NCBI GenBank assembly: GCA_965662235.1
Contig: CBFIGY010000035.1
Coordinates: 1 to 30,828, forward strand
Direction of reading: 5' to 3'
Length of the DNA stretch: 30,828 bases
DNA from: an uncultured bacterium
GTDB lineage: Bacteria; SAR324; NAC60-12
Shown: positions 1 through 8,346 of the stretch, piece after piece
Layout: the number at the start of each line of letters is the position of its first letter
How positions within the stretch are numbered: the stretch's first letter is position 1
Position numbers and translations under genes: made by a program
Notes under the pieces: model-generated
The model's input: only the letters and a program-made list of their open reading frames with translations
What the model was told of the DNA's origin: nothing
Databases searched by the model: none

Positions 1-168
1 GACCTCGTGACTCAGACCTCCCAGCACAACGACTCCGGGAGTGATCTTGAGCAGCTCAAGGTCATCCAGCCAGTGACGAACAACGTCCTGGCCCACAATT
101 GCCTGCAGGCGAAGCTTCGCAGCCTCCCAGCGTGTGAGTTCGAATTCCATTTCCTTTGAGGTCCACAT
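1..168 (-). CDS. dnaA: 5' fragment of a probable chromosomal replication initiator DnaA (domain I); continues beyond the window start
   Basis: Not in the ORF track. Reading the minus strand from ATG 168 (or ATG 150) gives an open frame to base 1: MWTSKEMEFELTRWEAAKLRLQAIVGQDVVRHWLDDLELLKITPGVVVLGGLSHEV. The W-x6-L...W-L-x2-L-x-L...VVL pattern resembles DnaA_N. Only 50-56 aa are visible. Confidence 0.55.
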   Translation of the reverse strand, partial: MWTSKEMEFELTRWEAAKLRLQAIVGQDVVRHWLDDLELLKITPGVVVLGGLSHEV

Positions 169-255
169 CCATTTGAAACGAAGTCACTACGTTAAGGCCT
201 TTGCCCCATGGAATTCAATATAAAAAATCCTCTTGTAAGGCGTGCACGTTAGCTC

Positions 256-268
256 TAAAACATTGATA
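256..268 (-). promoter_or_regulatory. IHF-binding consensus site
   Basis: The reverse complement TATCAATGTTTTA matches WATCAANNNNTTR exactly. A one-mismatch copy, TATCAAATCATTT, is at 304-316 on +. Confidence 0.45.
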
Positions 269-290
269 ACATGATTCAAAATTCCCGGAT

Positions 291-340
291 TTATCACAAT
301 ATATATCAAATCATTTTTAATAAAAAATTAAACAATTTCA
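291..340. other. Very AT-rich tract (divergent promoter region or possible DNA-unwinding element)
   Basis: 6 G/C in 50 nt against a window average near 60% GC; lies between the divergent dnaA-like and hutZ-like genes. Confidence 0.6.
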
Positions 341-402
341 AAAGACTAAGCTCAGGTCAAGACTTCCAAACGGTTTTCGTTTGATCCGCAACCATCCGGA
401 TG

Positions 403-423
403 CCTTCGGAGTGATTCCGAAGG
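403..423. repeat. Inverted repeat CCTTCGGA-N5-TCCGAAGG
   Basis: Perfect 8-bp arms, immediately after the palindrome CATCCGGATG (393-402), upstream of the hutZ-like gene. Confidence 0.5.
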
Positions 424-484
424 GACCTCATCCGACTTTTTCTCTTCTCGAAAAAACATATCTTCAATCAGAAAGGTGGGCGAT

Positions 485-985
485 ATGAGCGACCCTTCCA
501 ACCTTCCCAAAATTGTCCAAGAGTACCGAGCCCTGCAGCAGCGCTTCCGCAGCCTGCTGCTGTCCTCCGTTGACGAGTCCGGGCACCCCCAACTCAGCTA
601 CGCGCCCTACGTGCAGGATGACGCTGGCGCCTTCTACCTCTTCCTCAGCGACCTAGCCCGTCACACCCGCAGTCTGAAGCAGCACCCGACCACAGAGGTC
701 ATGTTCATTGAAGAGGAAACCGAGGCGGAAGAAATCTTTGCCCGCAAGCGGTTGATCTATCAGTGCGCCGTCACCCTCCGTCCCCGGGACGCCCCTGAGG
801 CGGAAGCCATTTTTGCGACAATGAAGGAAACCTTTGGGGACCTGATTGACGTCCTCCGGGGACTATCGGATTTCCATCTGTTTCGCCTGGAGCCCCAGTC
901 CGGCAGTTACGTCCGTGGGTTTGGACAGGCGTATGCCATTGAGGGCCCCGAGTTGGATCAAATCCGGCACCTGCGCTCTCAGTAA
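485..985 (+). CDS. HutZ/HugZ-like pyridoxamine 5'-phosphate oxidase-family (split-barrel) protein, possible heme utilisation
   Basis: SLLLSSVD..G.P.LSYAPY, LSDLARHT, EEIFARKRL, DFHLFRLEPQSGSYVRGFGQAY. ATG 485 preferred over GTG 476 because GAAAGG lies upstream. Confidence 0.8.
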   Translation: MSDPSNLPKIVQEYRALQQRFRSLLLSSVDESGHPQLSYAPYVQDDAGAFYLFLSDLARHTRSLKQHPTTEVMFIEEETEAEEIFARKRLIYQCAVTLRPRDAPEAEAIFATMKETFGDLIDVLRGLSDFHLFRLEPQSGSYVRGFGQAYAIEGPELDQIRHLRSQ

Positions 986-1260
986 CCTCTCCGCACGGGC
1001 ATTCCCCATACCGCCCCAACGCCCCAGCGGAGCGTTTTTGAGCCGAACCGGCATCGGCACCCATCTGGGAAGTAAGCCTTGGGACAAAATCCGCCGATTT
1101 CCGTTTTTTGTGGGAACCGGTTTCACGATGTGGTAGAAGTGAGCGGATTTCCTCGACATGGGGTTGAGGCCTTATCTTCTACATGAGACAGATCCCGCTT
1201 ATGCCTACGAATTCGCTCCCTGAAAAATCTGCTTTTCCCTGCCCTCGAAAGGCTTCCCGG

Positions 1261-3021
1261 ATGCTCCTGTTCGGTTGCTGCCTAGGGGTTGCTTCTTGGG
1301 CTCAGGCTCAAGACGTTGCTGAAATGGACCTGGCTCCGCCCCTTGAGCATGAAGCCAAGGTGTATGTTGACGCGGACAAAAACATCTACTGGCCAGAACA
1401 GAAGCCCATCTTCTTCTGGCTGGGCACCTCCAGTGGTCCTGACGCCAAGCTCTTCCCCATTCTGGGCTCCGATTCCCTTCCTCAAGGCGAGTTGGACAGC
1501 TATCGAGAGAATGGAATCAAGTTGGAGGTCAGCAGCAACCAGTACGTGCGTTGGCTGCACTACTACTCTGGCAAGGAGACCAAGCTGCGCTTTTTTGCCG
1601 ATGGCATTGTCCCGGACTCTCGTCTGAAACTCACCGCGCCGCGCACCGTCACTCGTGATGGCATCACCTACTACGCAGAGGCCGTTGACGCCGAACTGAC
1701 GGCAAAGGACCCGACCCTCGGTGGAAGTGAGGACATCAGCGCCTCCGGAGTTGAGAACCTGTACCTTTCCGTCAACGGAAAGACCTTCACGTCTTCTTCC
1801 GGAACCCGCTTCAACGAAGAAGGAAACTACCTGCTCCGTCACTACGCGGTGGACCGTGTGGGCAACGCCTCCTCTCCGGAGGAGTCCCGCTTCGTCATCG
1901 ATCGCACGCCTCCAACCAGCACGCTTGACGTCGAGTTCACGGCACGGAACGGTTCGGTCATTGGCCCTCGCAGCATCCTCAAGCTGAGCAGCACTGACGC
2001 CCTCTCAGGCGTGAAGGAAGTGCGGTTCCAGTGGGGCGACGGTGACTTCAAAAAGGACAATGGGGAGCCCCTGAACCTCAAGGAACTCTCTGGGAAGGAG
2101 CAGGTGCTACGCTTCCAGGCTGAAGACTACTTGGGGTACCTTGAGCCCTTGCAGGAGCGCCGTTTTCAGTTTGATGCCGTTGGTCCAGAAGTGTCTCATG
2201 AGGTGGAAGGCGACCAGTACATTGACGGAAACCGCTTCTTCATTTCGCCGCGGTCCCGGATTCGCCTCAACGCGGTCGACGACCAAGTCGATGTCCGCCT
2301 GATTGAGTACCGTCTCAACCGTGGAAGCTTCATCGCCTACCGGGCGCCCTTCCTCCCGCAAACCCAGCGCGGCCCCCTCCGCATGGACTACCAGGCGTTT
2401 GATGAAATGAACAACGGCTCTGTCCTGGTGACCGCTAACTTCATTGTCGATGATCAGGCCCCGGTGACGGAGTTGAAGACCGAGGGAGCCACCTATCGCC
2501 GTGGTCCCAACACGATCTGGGTCCGTTCCGATACTCAGTTGATCCTTGAGACTCTGGATAAAGGCGCCGGCGTTAAGGCTCGCTACTACTCCATTGACCT
2601 CAAGGGCCAGCAGACCTACAACGGGCCTCTGACCATTCAGGAAGAGGGACAGCACACCTTCGAATACTACGCCCTGGATCAGGTCAACAACCGAGAAGTG
2701 GCCACCCCGGCGCTGATCGTTGTGGACGACCAGGCTCCTGAAATTCAGGCCGTTTTCAGCATCCCAGCAGTGGCAGAGGACACGATGAATGGCGAGACCG
2801 TTTCGGTCTATCCCCTTTCCACCACGCTCTTCTTCAACGGCATCGACAACTCTGCCAACCTGAAAGTCCTGAAGTATCGGTTCAATGGTGGTAAGGTGAC
2901 GGTTTACGATCAGTCCATCGTCCTCAAGGAGGCCGGGGACTACGTTTATGAGATCGAAGCCGAGGACAACCTCGGGAACACATCCACCAAAACCATTCGG
3001 TTCAAGGTCCAGAACCTCTGA
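1261..3021 (+). CDS. Secreted protein with repeated OmpL47-type/Ig-like beta-sandwich modules
   Basis: Signal peptide MLLFGCCLGVASWAQA. About five repeats of the type D..P.....D..SGV..I.Y...G....Y.......EG.H...Y.A.D.VGN.E (e.g. EEGNYLLRHYAVDRVGNAS, EEGQHTFEYYALDQVNNRE, EAGDYVYEIEAEDNLGNTS). Start could be 1183, 1201 or 1261. Confidence 0.7.
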   Translation: MLLFGCCLGVASWAQAQDVAEMDLAPPLEHEAKVYVDADKNIYWPEQKPIFFWLGTSSGPDAKLFPILGSDSLPQGELDSYRENGIKLEVSSNQYVRWLHYYSGKETKLRFFADGIVPDSRLKLTAPRTVTRDGITYYAEAVDAELTAKDPTLGGSEDISASGVENLYLSVNGKTFTSSSGTRFNEEGNYLLRHYAVDRVGNASSPEESRFVIDRTPPTSTLDVEFTARNGSVIGPRSILKLSSTDALSGVKEVRFQWGDGDFKKDNGEPLNLKELSGKEQVLRFQAEDYLGYLEPLQERRFQFDAVGPEVSHEVEGDQYIDGNRFFISPRSRIRLNAVDDQVDVRLIEYRLNRGSFIAYRAPFLPQTQRGPLRMDYQAFDEMNNGSVLVTANFIVDDQAPVTELKTEGATYRRGPNTIWVRSDTQLILETLDKGAGVKARYYSIDLKGQQTYNGPLTIQEEGQHTFEYYALDQVNNREVATPALIVVDDQAPEIQAVFSIPAVAEDTMNGETVSVYPLSTTLFFNGIDNSANLKVLKYRFNGGKVTVYDQSIVLKEAGDYVYEIEAEDNLGNTSTKTIRFKVQNL

Positions 3022-3056
3022 AGCAGACGTTCGGGCCCAACCGCTTCTGAACGCTT

Positions 3057-4559
3057 ATGAGGATGATTCATCAGCAGGCCTCGTCTTGGGGCCTTCTGGC
3101 ACTTGCCGGGTTTCTGCTGTTCACCTTGACGGGAACCGCTTGGGCCCTTTCTCTGTACGTCAGCTATCCGGACCTCGATGCTGCCTTGACCGATGCCGCC
3201 ACAGAAATGGCAACAGCGGCCTCGGTTCCTGAGCGCCTGCAACCCAAGCTGGCGGTCATCAACCTCCTAGAACGCACCCGTGCGCGACGGGATGAAACCA
3301 GTCAGCTCCTTGAACGTCAGCTGCACTCTCAGCTCCGGCAGCGGCTCCCTCAGCAAGTCATTGCTTTGGAGCTGCTGGAGCAGGTCCGGACCAACTGGAG
3401 CACCACCTTTCCAGGCACCACCCGCACCCCTCTTGCAGAAGACCTTGCTGGAGAAGTGGGTGCCGACTGGATGGTCACCGGCGACTACCGCCTGAACAAC
3501 GGCCTGATCCAGCTCCGGCTGCAGGCCTATGATTTTTCAACAGAAGAGGTCGTGTGGCAGGGGCTGTTGGAAGCGCCGGCGCCGGCATTTGCCCCTGAGC
3601 CCACAGTCGCAGCAACCGACTCTGTGGAGCCCCCTGAGCCCCGGTCTTCTGAAGAGCCCGCGCCAGCAGCCGCTCCTCTTCCGGCACCACCGTCGATCGC
3701 AACGCCCCTTCCCCTGCCAACGCCTCCTCTGCCCGATGCGACTCCAGCAGACGCCGACCTGGCAGCGACGCCTCCGGTTTCAGACAACCTGAGTCAGGAG
3801 CCTGGGTTCGAAAGCGAAGCCGCCTTGGGCCTAGAACCGGAACCTCCGCAAGACCCCTCTCCGCAACCAGAGGGCATGGTGTTGATTCCGGGAGGCACCT
3901 TCTTAATGGGACGGGCCGCCGGCAATCCTGACGAGTTCCCCGACCACCGGGTGGAACTGAGTCCGTACTGGTTGCAGCAGCACGAAGTCACCAACGCTGA
4001 GTTCGACCGCTGTCCCAAGTGCGAGCGTGGCAGCGGGGGATTCGACTCCATTCGGCCCAATGCCCCGGTCGTCTACGTGGACTGGGAAAATGCGGCCCGC
4101 TACTGTGCGTTCCGGGGCTGGCGCTTGCCCACAGAAGCCGAGTGGGAGTATGCGGCCCGTGAGGGAGGCTCGTGGGAAGTGGCGCCACTGCCAGTTCTGA
4201 AGACGCAGGCCTGGTTTGCCTCGACCCTGACGGCGGACACGGCTGCTCGTGCCCAACCGGTGGGACAGCTGGAAGCCAACGCCCTTGGGGTGCACGACCT
4301 GCTCGGCAATGTAATGGAGTGGGTGGGCGATTACTACGCGGGCGATTACTACCCTGCGATGACCGTCTTGAAGGATCCGACGGGTCCGGAAGAGCCGGTC
4401 CAACCGGAGTACCCCGCTCGGGTGGCACGAGGAGGAGCTTGGGGGGGCTTTGGGGACGCGAGCACCCTGACAGGTGTGCAGCCGACCAAACGCTACGCAT
4501 TTGCGCCGTGGGTCCGGTCGTTCCAGATCGGCTTCCGGTGCGCACGCGACGCCTTCTAA
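3057..4559 (+). CDS. Secreted FGE-sulfatase (SUMF1/EgtB/PvdO-like) domain protein with an N-terminal FlgO/CsgG-like domain and a Pro-rich linker
   Basis: N-terminal signal peptide; GADWMVTGDY...LRLQAYD...EVVW; Pro/Ala/Glu linker; MVLIPGGTFLMG, HEVTNAEF, RLPTEAEWEYAAR, HDLLGNVMEW, RVARGGAW, IGFRCA. Confidence 0.8.
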   Translation: MRMIHQQASSWGLLALAGFLLFTLTGTAWALSLYVSYPDLDAALTDAATEMATAASVPERLQPKLAVINLLERTRARRDETSQLLERQLHSQLRQRLPQQVIALELLEQVRTNWSTTFPGTTRTPLAEDLAGEVGADWMVTGDYRLNNGLIQLRLQAYDFSTEEVVWQGLLEAPAPAFAPEPTVAATDSVEPPEPRSSEEPAPAAAPLPAPPSIATPLPLPTPPLPDATPADADLAATPPVSDNLSQEPGFESEAALGLEPEPPQDPSPQPEGMVLIPGGTFLMGRAAGNPDEFPDHRVELSPYWLQQHEVTNAEFDRCPKCERGSGGFDSIRPNAPVVYVDWENAARYCAFRGWRLPTEAEWEYAAREGGSWEVAPLPVLKTQAWFASTLTADTAARAQPVGQLEANALGVHDLLGNVMEWVGDYYAGDYYPAMTVLKDPTGPEEPVQPEYPARVARGGAWGGFGDASTLTGVQPTKRYAFAPWVRSFQIGFRCARDAF

Positions 4560-4585
4560 GCCGTCAGTTCCCCCGCATTCCGGAA

Positions 4586-4602
4586 TCTGCATGAATTTTG
4601 CT
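4586..4602 (+). promoter_or_regulatory. Degenerate sigma-54-like -24/-12 element upstream of fliN
   Basis: TCTGCATGAATTTTGCT versus YTGGCACGRNNNTTGCW: correct N10 spacing and a perfect TTGCT, but TG replaces the invariant GG. Confidence 0.25.
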
Positions 4603-4676
4603 TTTCTGCAACTTGATCAACGGGGAGAAGCATTTTTCCCCTCCTTTACTGCATTGAATCTGTAACCTGAGGAACC

Positions 4677-4988
4677 ATGGCTGGACTGCTTCAATCCCTG
4701 GCAGGAGACGACAACAAGGGCATCTTTCACGACATCAAGTTCCTGGAAGATGTGCCCATGATGATGTCGGTGGAAATCGGCAGAACGGAGATGAACCTCA
4801 AGTCCATTCTGAGCCTGAAGAAGGGGTCCATCATTGAGTTCACCAAGATCGTGGGGGAACCAATGGATGTGATTGTGCAGGAGCGCCTGATGGCGCGAGG
4901 CGAGGTGGTGGTGGTGAACGAGCGTTACGGCGTCCGGATCAGTGAGGTCACCCGTCCGGACGAGAAGATCGGCGACAAGCGCGAGTGA
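4677..4988 (+). CDS. fliN: Flagellar motor switch protein FliN (SpoA domain)
   Basis: DVPMMMSVEIGRT...ILSLKKGSIIE...GEPMDV....LMARGEVVVVNERYGVRISE; GAGGAA ribosome-binding site. Confidence 0.85.
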   Translation: MAGLLQSLAGDDNKGIFHDIKFLEDVPMMMSVEIGRTEMNLKSILSLKKGSIIEFTKIVGEPMDVIVQERLMARGEVVVVNERYGVRISEVTRPDEKIGDKRE

Positions 4989-4991
4989 ACG

Positions 4992-5369
4992 TCAGAGCGC
5001 TTCCCAGCGCTTGCGTTCCTGCATGAGCAGGTCGATGGCCGAGCGGTACTTCTGCTCCATGGCATCAAGGATGCGGAAGGACTGGTTCTTCACCAGCTTC
5101 AGTCCCCGCTCCGTCGGCTGAAACGAGGAGATGTGCCGCAGGATCCAACCGTCACGAGCCACATCCACAAAAAAGACCCGGGTGGCCTCCTCGGCTTCCT
5201 GTCCTTCAAAGCGAAAGCGAACGGCAATGCGTCCCCGCTGCTCGCCCATCCAGTAGCTCAACGCCCCCCACTCTTCATGCTCCAGGAGCCCGTTCACGGC
5301 ACTGGGCCAGTGTCCCAGGATCTCCTCTTCACTGATTCCTTCCAGGACCGTTTTTTCCTCTACCGACAT
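4992..5369 (-). CDS. Hypothetical protein (125 aa)
   Basis: Overlaps the upstream membrane-protein stop by 10 nt, ends 3 nt from the fliN stop, and has protein-like composition. No family recognised. Confidence 0.7.
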   Translation of the reverse strand: MSVEEKTVLEGISEEEILGHWPSAVNGLLEHEEWGALSYWMGEQRGRIAVRFRFEGQEAEEATRVFFVDVARDGWILRHISSFQPTERGLKLVKNQSFRILDAMEQKYRSAIDLLMQERKRWEAL

Positions 5370-6466
5370 TGCTGTTCCTTTTGAAATAGGCGCCGAACGC
5401 TGTTTCGCGTCACCGGGTCAGACATCCGAAATGTCGCACGGTCATGCAGGTAGTGAGCCCAGCCACTGGCAAACCCGAACGTTGCCAGCAACATCCACCA
5501 CGTGTGCTGCTGCGCCAACGCCTCCAGCCACGGAATCCAGTCCGCCGTTGCGCGAGGCGCCCCGGGCAGCCCATCAAACTCCAGCAACGGAACCAACGGC
5601 ACGGTCAGAAGCGAGAGGAAGGCCACCTTGCGCCAGCGGTGACCTCTGCCGGTGTCCGGATTGCTCGACAGCGCCGCCTTGAGGCCCACGCTGACCATCC
5701 AGTGCTGGAGGGTCCACACGGCCAAAAACTGTTCCGGCCGCAGCAGAAACGCGCTGACACCCAAACTCCCCAACCCGAGCAAGTACGCCTGCCGGGGCGT
5801 TCCGACCTCCGGTTCGCGGAGCAGCGCCCTCACAATCACTCCTCCGACTCCGATCACGCCCACGCCCTTCAGCACGGTGGTCCAGGCCTCTGGAACCATG
5901 ATGAGCGGCAGAGGCAGTTCCGGATCCTGCAGCAGCGACGCCCCTTGCAGCAGTTCCGCCAGCGGAATGGCCACCACCCCAATCCACAGGCACAGCCGCC
6001 AGTCCTGCTTCCGAGGCGGCGGAGCCGGTTCCGAGGCGGCATACAGGCGCAGCATGCCAAAGTGCTGGGCGGCAAAATGATGCAGAATCAGTCCAAAGTC
6101 GATCAGCAACAGCGTCGCCAGCCGTGCCGTTGTGGAGAGGCCCTCCGCAGGAAACAGCAACCACAGGCCGATGCCTCCCAACAGCGCCAGGCTCTTCAGC
6201 AGCAACGGACGTCCCTGCTGGGCCCGGACCTCCCGGAACTCCTCGGTGGTCCAAAATACCCAGGCGCTCGCAAAGCGGTGTGCGAGCCACAGCGTAAGCA
6301 CCAGAAACAGGTACAGCGGAGACCAGATGGCGTCCGGAAGCAGCAACACGAGGACCGGAAGCCAGAGGCCTCCGTGAAACCAGAAACTGTCCCACGACGG
6401 AGTGAACAGCCAGGGGGAGGAGGAAGACGATGCGGATGAGGAGAGGGTTACTGCGTTCGATCCCAT
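5360..6466 (-). CDS. Uncharacterised polytopic membrane protein with four His-containing motifs
   Basis: About 9-10 hydrophobic segments; LAHRFAS, LHHFAAQHFG..RLY, LQHW, AHYLHD. Start overlaps the lutA-like stop. Confidence 0.75.
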   Translation of the reverse strand: MGSNAVTLSSSASSSSSPWLFTPSWDSFWFHGGLWLPVLVLLLPDAIWSPLYLFLVLTLWLAHRFASAWVFWTTEEFREVRAQQGRPLLLKSLALLGGIGLWLLFPAEGLSTTARLATLLLIDFGLILHHFAAQHFGMLRLYAASEPAPPPRKQDWRLCLWIGVVAIPLAELLQGASLLQDPELPLPLIMVPEAWTTVLKGVGVIGVGGVIVRALLREPEVGTPRQAYLLGLGSLGVSAFLLRPEQFLAVWTLQHWMVSVGLKAALSSNPDTGRGHRWRKVAFLSLLTVPLVPLLEFDGLPGAPRATADWIPWLEALAQQHTWWMLLATFGFASGWAHYLHDRATFRMSDPVTRNSVRRLFQKEQQCR

Positions 6467-7185
6467 AAGAAGTCAGCTAGGTGCCGTCCGGAAATGGGAA
6501 GCGCCTGCTGCTCCATGGCTCCCGCAATGTTCATGAGGCACCCGCAGTCAGCGGTCAGGAGGCACGAGGCTCCTGTGTTTTGGACATCAGCCACCTTGTC
6601 GGCCACCATTGCGGCAGAGAGCTGCGGCTGTTTCACGGCAAAGGTTCCTCCAAAGCCGCAACATTCAAATTCCCGTTCCAGCTCCACCAGCGTGACGTTC
6701 TTCAGCTGCTGCAGGAGCTGTTTGGCTTCATCCCCCAGACCCATCTCACGTTTGGCGTGACAGGAGGTGTGCCAGGTGACGGTCACCGGTTCGCCCTGAT
6801 CTTCCAGCTGCACGTTCAGCACCTTCACCAGAAACTCGGAGAGTTCAAAGACACGGGCGGCAAACGCCTGCACCTGAGGCAAGCGCGGGTCTCCTTCAAA
6901 GAGGTGCGCGTAGTGCTGACGCATCATGCCCCCACAGGAGCCCGAGGGCACAATGACCGGATGCGGAGGAGGAAAGGTTTGGATCTGCTGCCATGCCACT
7001 TCCCGGGCTTCTTCCGGGAATCCGGAGTTGTACGCCGGTTGCCCACAGCACGTCTGGTCCTGCGGAAAGAGCACCCGAAGTCCTTCTCGCTGCAGCAGGC
7101 GAATCGCCGCCATGCCCGCTTCCGGATAGGTCAGATCGACCAGGCAGGTGCCAAACAGGTAGACGGTCTCAGGCTTCTTGGACAC
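6448..7185 (-). CDS. lutA: LutA/YkgE/LldE-family Fe-S (double CCG domain) subunit of L-lactate dehydrogenase
   Basis: LFGTCLVD..YPE, QTCCGQPAYNSG, PSGSCGGM, WHTSCH, ECCGFGGTFAVK, DCGCLMNI. GTG 7185 (or 7209) start. Confidence 0.85.
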   Translation of the reverse strand: MSKKPETVYLFGTCLVDLTYPEAGMAAIRLLQREGLRVLFPQDQTCCGQPAYNSGFPEEAREVAWQQIQTFPPPHPVIVPSGSCGGMMRQHYAHLFEGDPRLPQVQAFAARVFELSEFLVKVLNVQLEDQGEPVTVTWHTSCHAKREMGLGDEAKQLLQQLKNVTLVELEREFECCGFGGTFAVKQPQLSAAMVADKVADVQNTGASCLLTADCGCLMNIAGAMEQQALPISGRHLADFLWDRTQ

Positions 7186-7261
7186 AGAGGATTCCCGGTG
7201 AAGGTTCACAAGCAGTCAACCCCGACACTTTATCACGCCCGGCCGGGCTGGCAACCGGAAA

Positions 7262-8200
7262 TCATTGATGAAAGAGCCACAGCAGCAGCGAAAGGGTGGC
7301 CGGGGAGATCATGGTGGTGATCAGCATCGCGTTGCTTGCCAGTGCGACGTTGCTTTGATAGCGGACCGCAAACAGGTAGGGGTTGATGCCCACCGGCTGA
7401 GCCGCCAGCACCACCGCCACTTTGGCCCACAGCACCGGCTCCACCTGCAGCACCCCAAAGGCCAGGGTTGCCACCAACGCAGGATGCAGGAACGACTTCA
7501 CCAGCACCACCAACCCCACGTCCTTCCAGCGCCCTGCAATCTTGAAGCGCGTCAGCGTGGCTCCCAGAGCAAAGAGCGCACAGGGGGCCACGGACTGGCT
7601 CATCAGCTCAGCGACTCGATCCACTGGCGCCGGCAACGTCCAACCTAGGAAGTTGAGCGACATGCCAGCCATCAGTCCCAAAATGATGGGGTTGCTCAGC
7701 AGCCCCTTGAGGGCGTTGAAAAGCACCGTTGGCACCGAGGCGTCTCGCCCCCTGGCCATTTCCATCAGCAGGGTGATCAGTGGGAAGAGCAGCGTGGAGT
7801 GAAGGCTGATGATGAGGAACAGCGGCAGCGTTGCTTCTTCCCCGAATGCCATCAGCACCACCGGAATGCCCATCATGACCGTGTTGGGGAAAGCCCCGGT
7901 GAATCCCTGAATGGCGCACTCTCCAAACCCCCGGCGCAGGAGGGTCCGGGTCAGCAGCACTCCCAGTGGAAACAGGGTCAGCGAGGCCCCGTAATAGGAC
8001 CCAAGCAGCTCCCACGGCAGCGTCTCCGGAAGGGATGCTCGTGAGAGGGTCCGCAGCAGCAACAGCGGCACCGCAAACCGATAGGCGTAATCCGTCAGGC
8101 CATCGATCATCGAGGCAGAGGCCCACTGCTTCCGCGCTGCCACCCACCCCAGGCCGATCACGCCAAACACCGGGAGGGTCACATCAAAAATCGGATTCAC
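7262..8200 (-). CDS. AEC (auxin efflux carrier/malonate permease-like) family transporter
   Basis: 312 aa, about 10 TM segments; LPVFGVIGLG, FAVPLLL, FPNTVMMGIP, LLSNPII, ALFALGA, K...HP, P.GIN.YL.A. Confidence 0.9.
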   Translation of the reverse strand: MNPIFDVTLPVFGVIGLGWVAARKQWASASMIDGLTDYAYRFAVPLLLLRTLSRASLPETLPWELLGSYYGASLTLFPLGVLLTRTLLRRGFGECAIQGFTGAFPNTVMMGIPVVLMAFGEEATLPLFLIISLHSTLLFPLITLLMEMARGRDASVPTVLFNALKGLLSNPIILGLMAGMSLNFLGWTLPAPVDRVAELMSQSVAPCALFALGATLTRFKIAGRWKDVGLVVLVKSFLHPALVATLAFGVLQVEPVLWAKVAVVLAAQPVGINPYLFAVRYQSNVALASNAMLITTMISPATLSLLLWLFHQ

Positions 8201-8346
8201 GTCAGGCGGAACAGGAAAGAGGCGGTTGAGGAGGCATGAACCAGTTCGTCAAAATGGAAGCCCCCTACCTTCCTCCGAATGAAGAAGAACTTCAAGACCC
8301 GGCCTGAAAAACGGTTGTTCTGCCTTCCGCAATGTGCTGTGATGAA

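Noticed and set aside
260..320. Fur or FNR box upstream of the hutZ-like gene
   Set aside because: Only half-site resemblance (TTGATAAC). No GATAATGATAATCATTATC-like 19-mer or TTGAT-N4-ATCAA.
1087..1150. AAATCCGC...GCGGATTT inverted repeat upstream of the OmpL47-like gene
   Set aside because: 8-bp arms 48 nt apart with no further structure; compatible with chance.
3570..3870. Pro/Ala-rich stretch as a DNA tandem repeat
   Set aside because: Low complexity at the protein level only; no repeated nucleotide unit.
4430..4559. FGE/C-type-lectin C-terminus as a diversity-generating retroelement target
   Set aside because: No template repeat, reverse transcriptase or adenine-specific near-duplicate is visible in the window.
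5444..6439. Long overlapping ORFs (331 aa on +, 273 aa on -), and similar ones at 6481-7320, 14654-15340 and 25313-26098
   Set aside because: They lie within well-supported genes. Stop-poor alternative frames are expected at this GC content and CTAG/TA scarcity, and the translations show no motifs.
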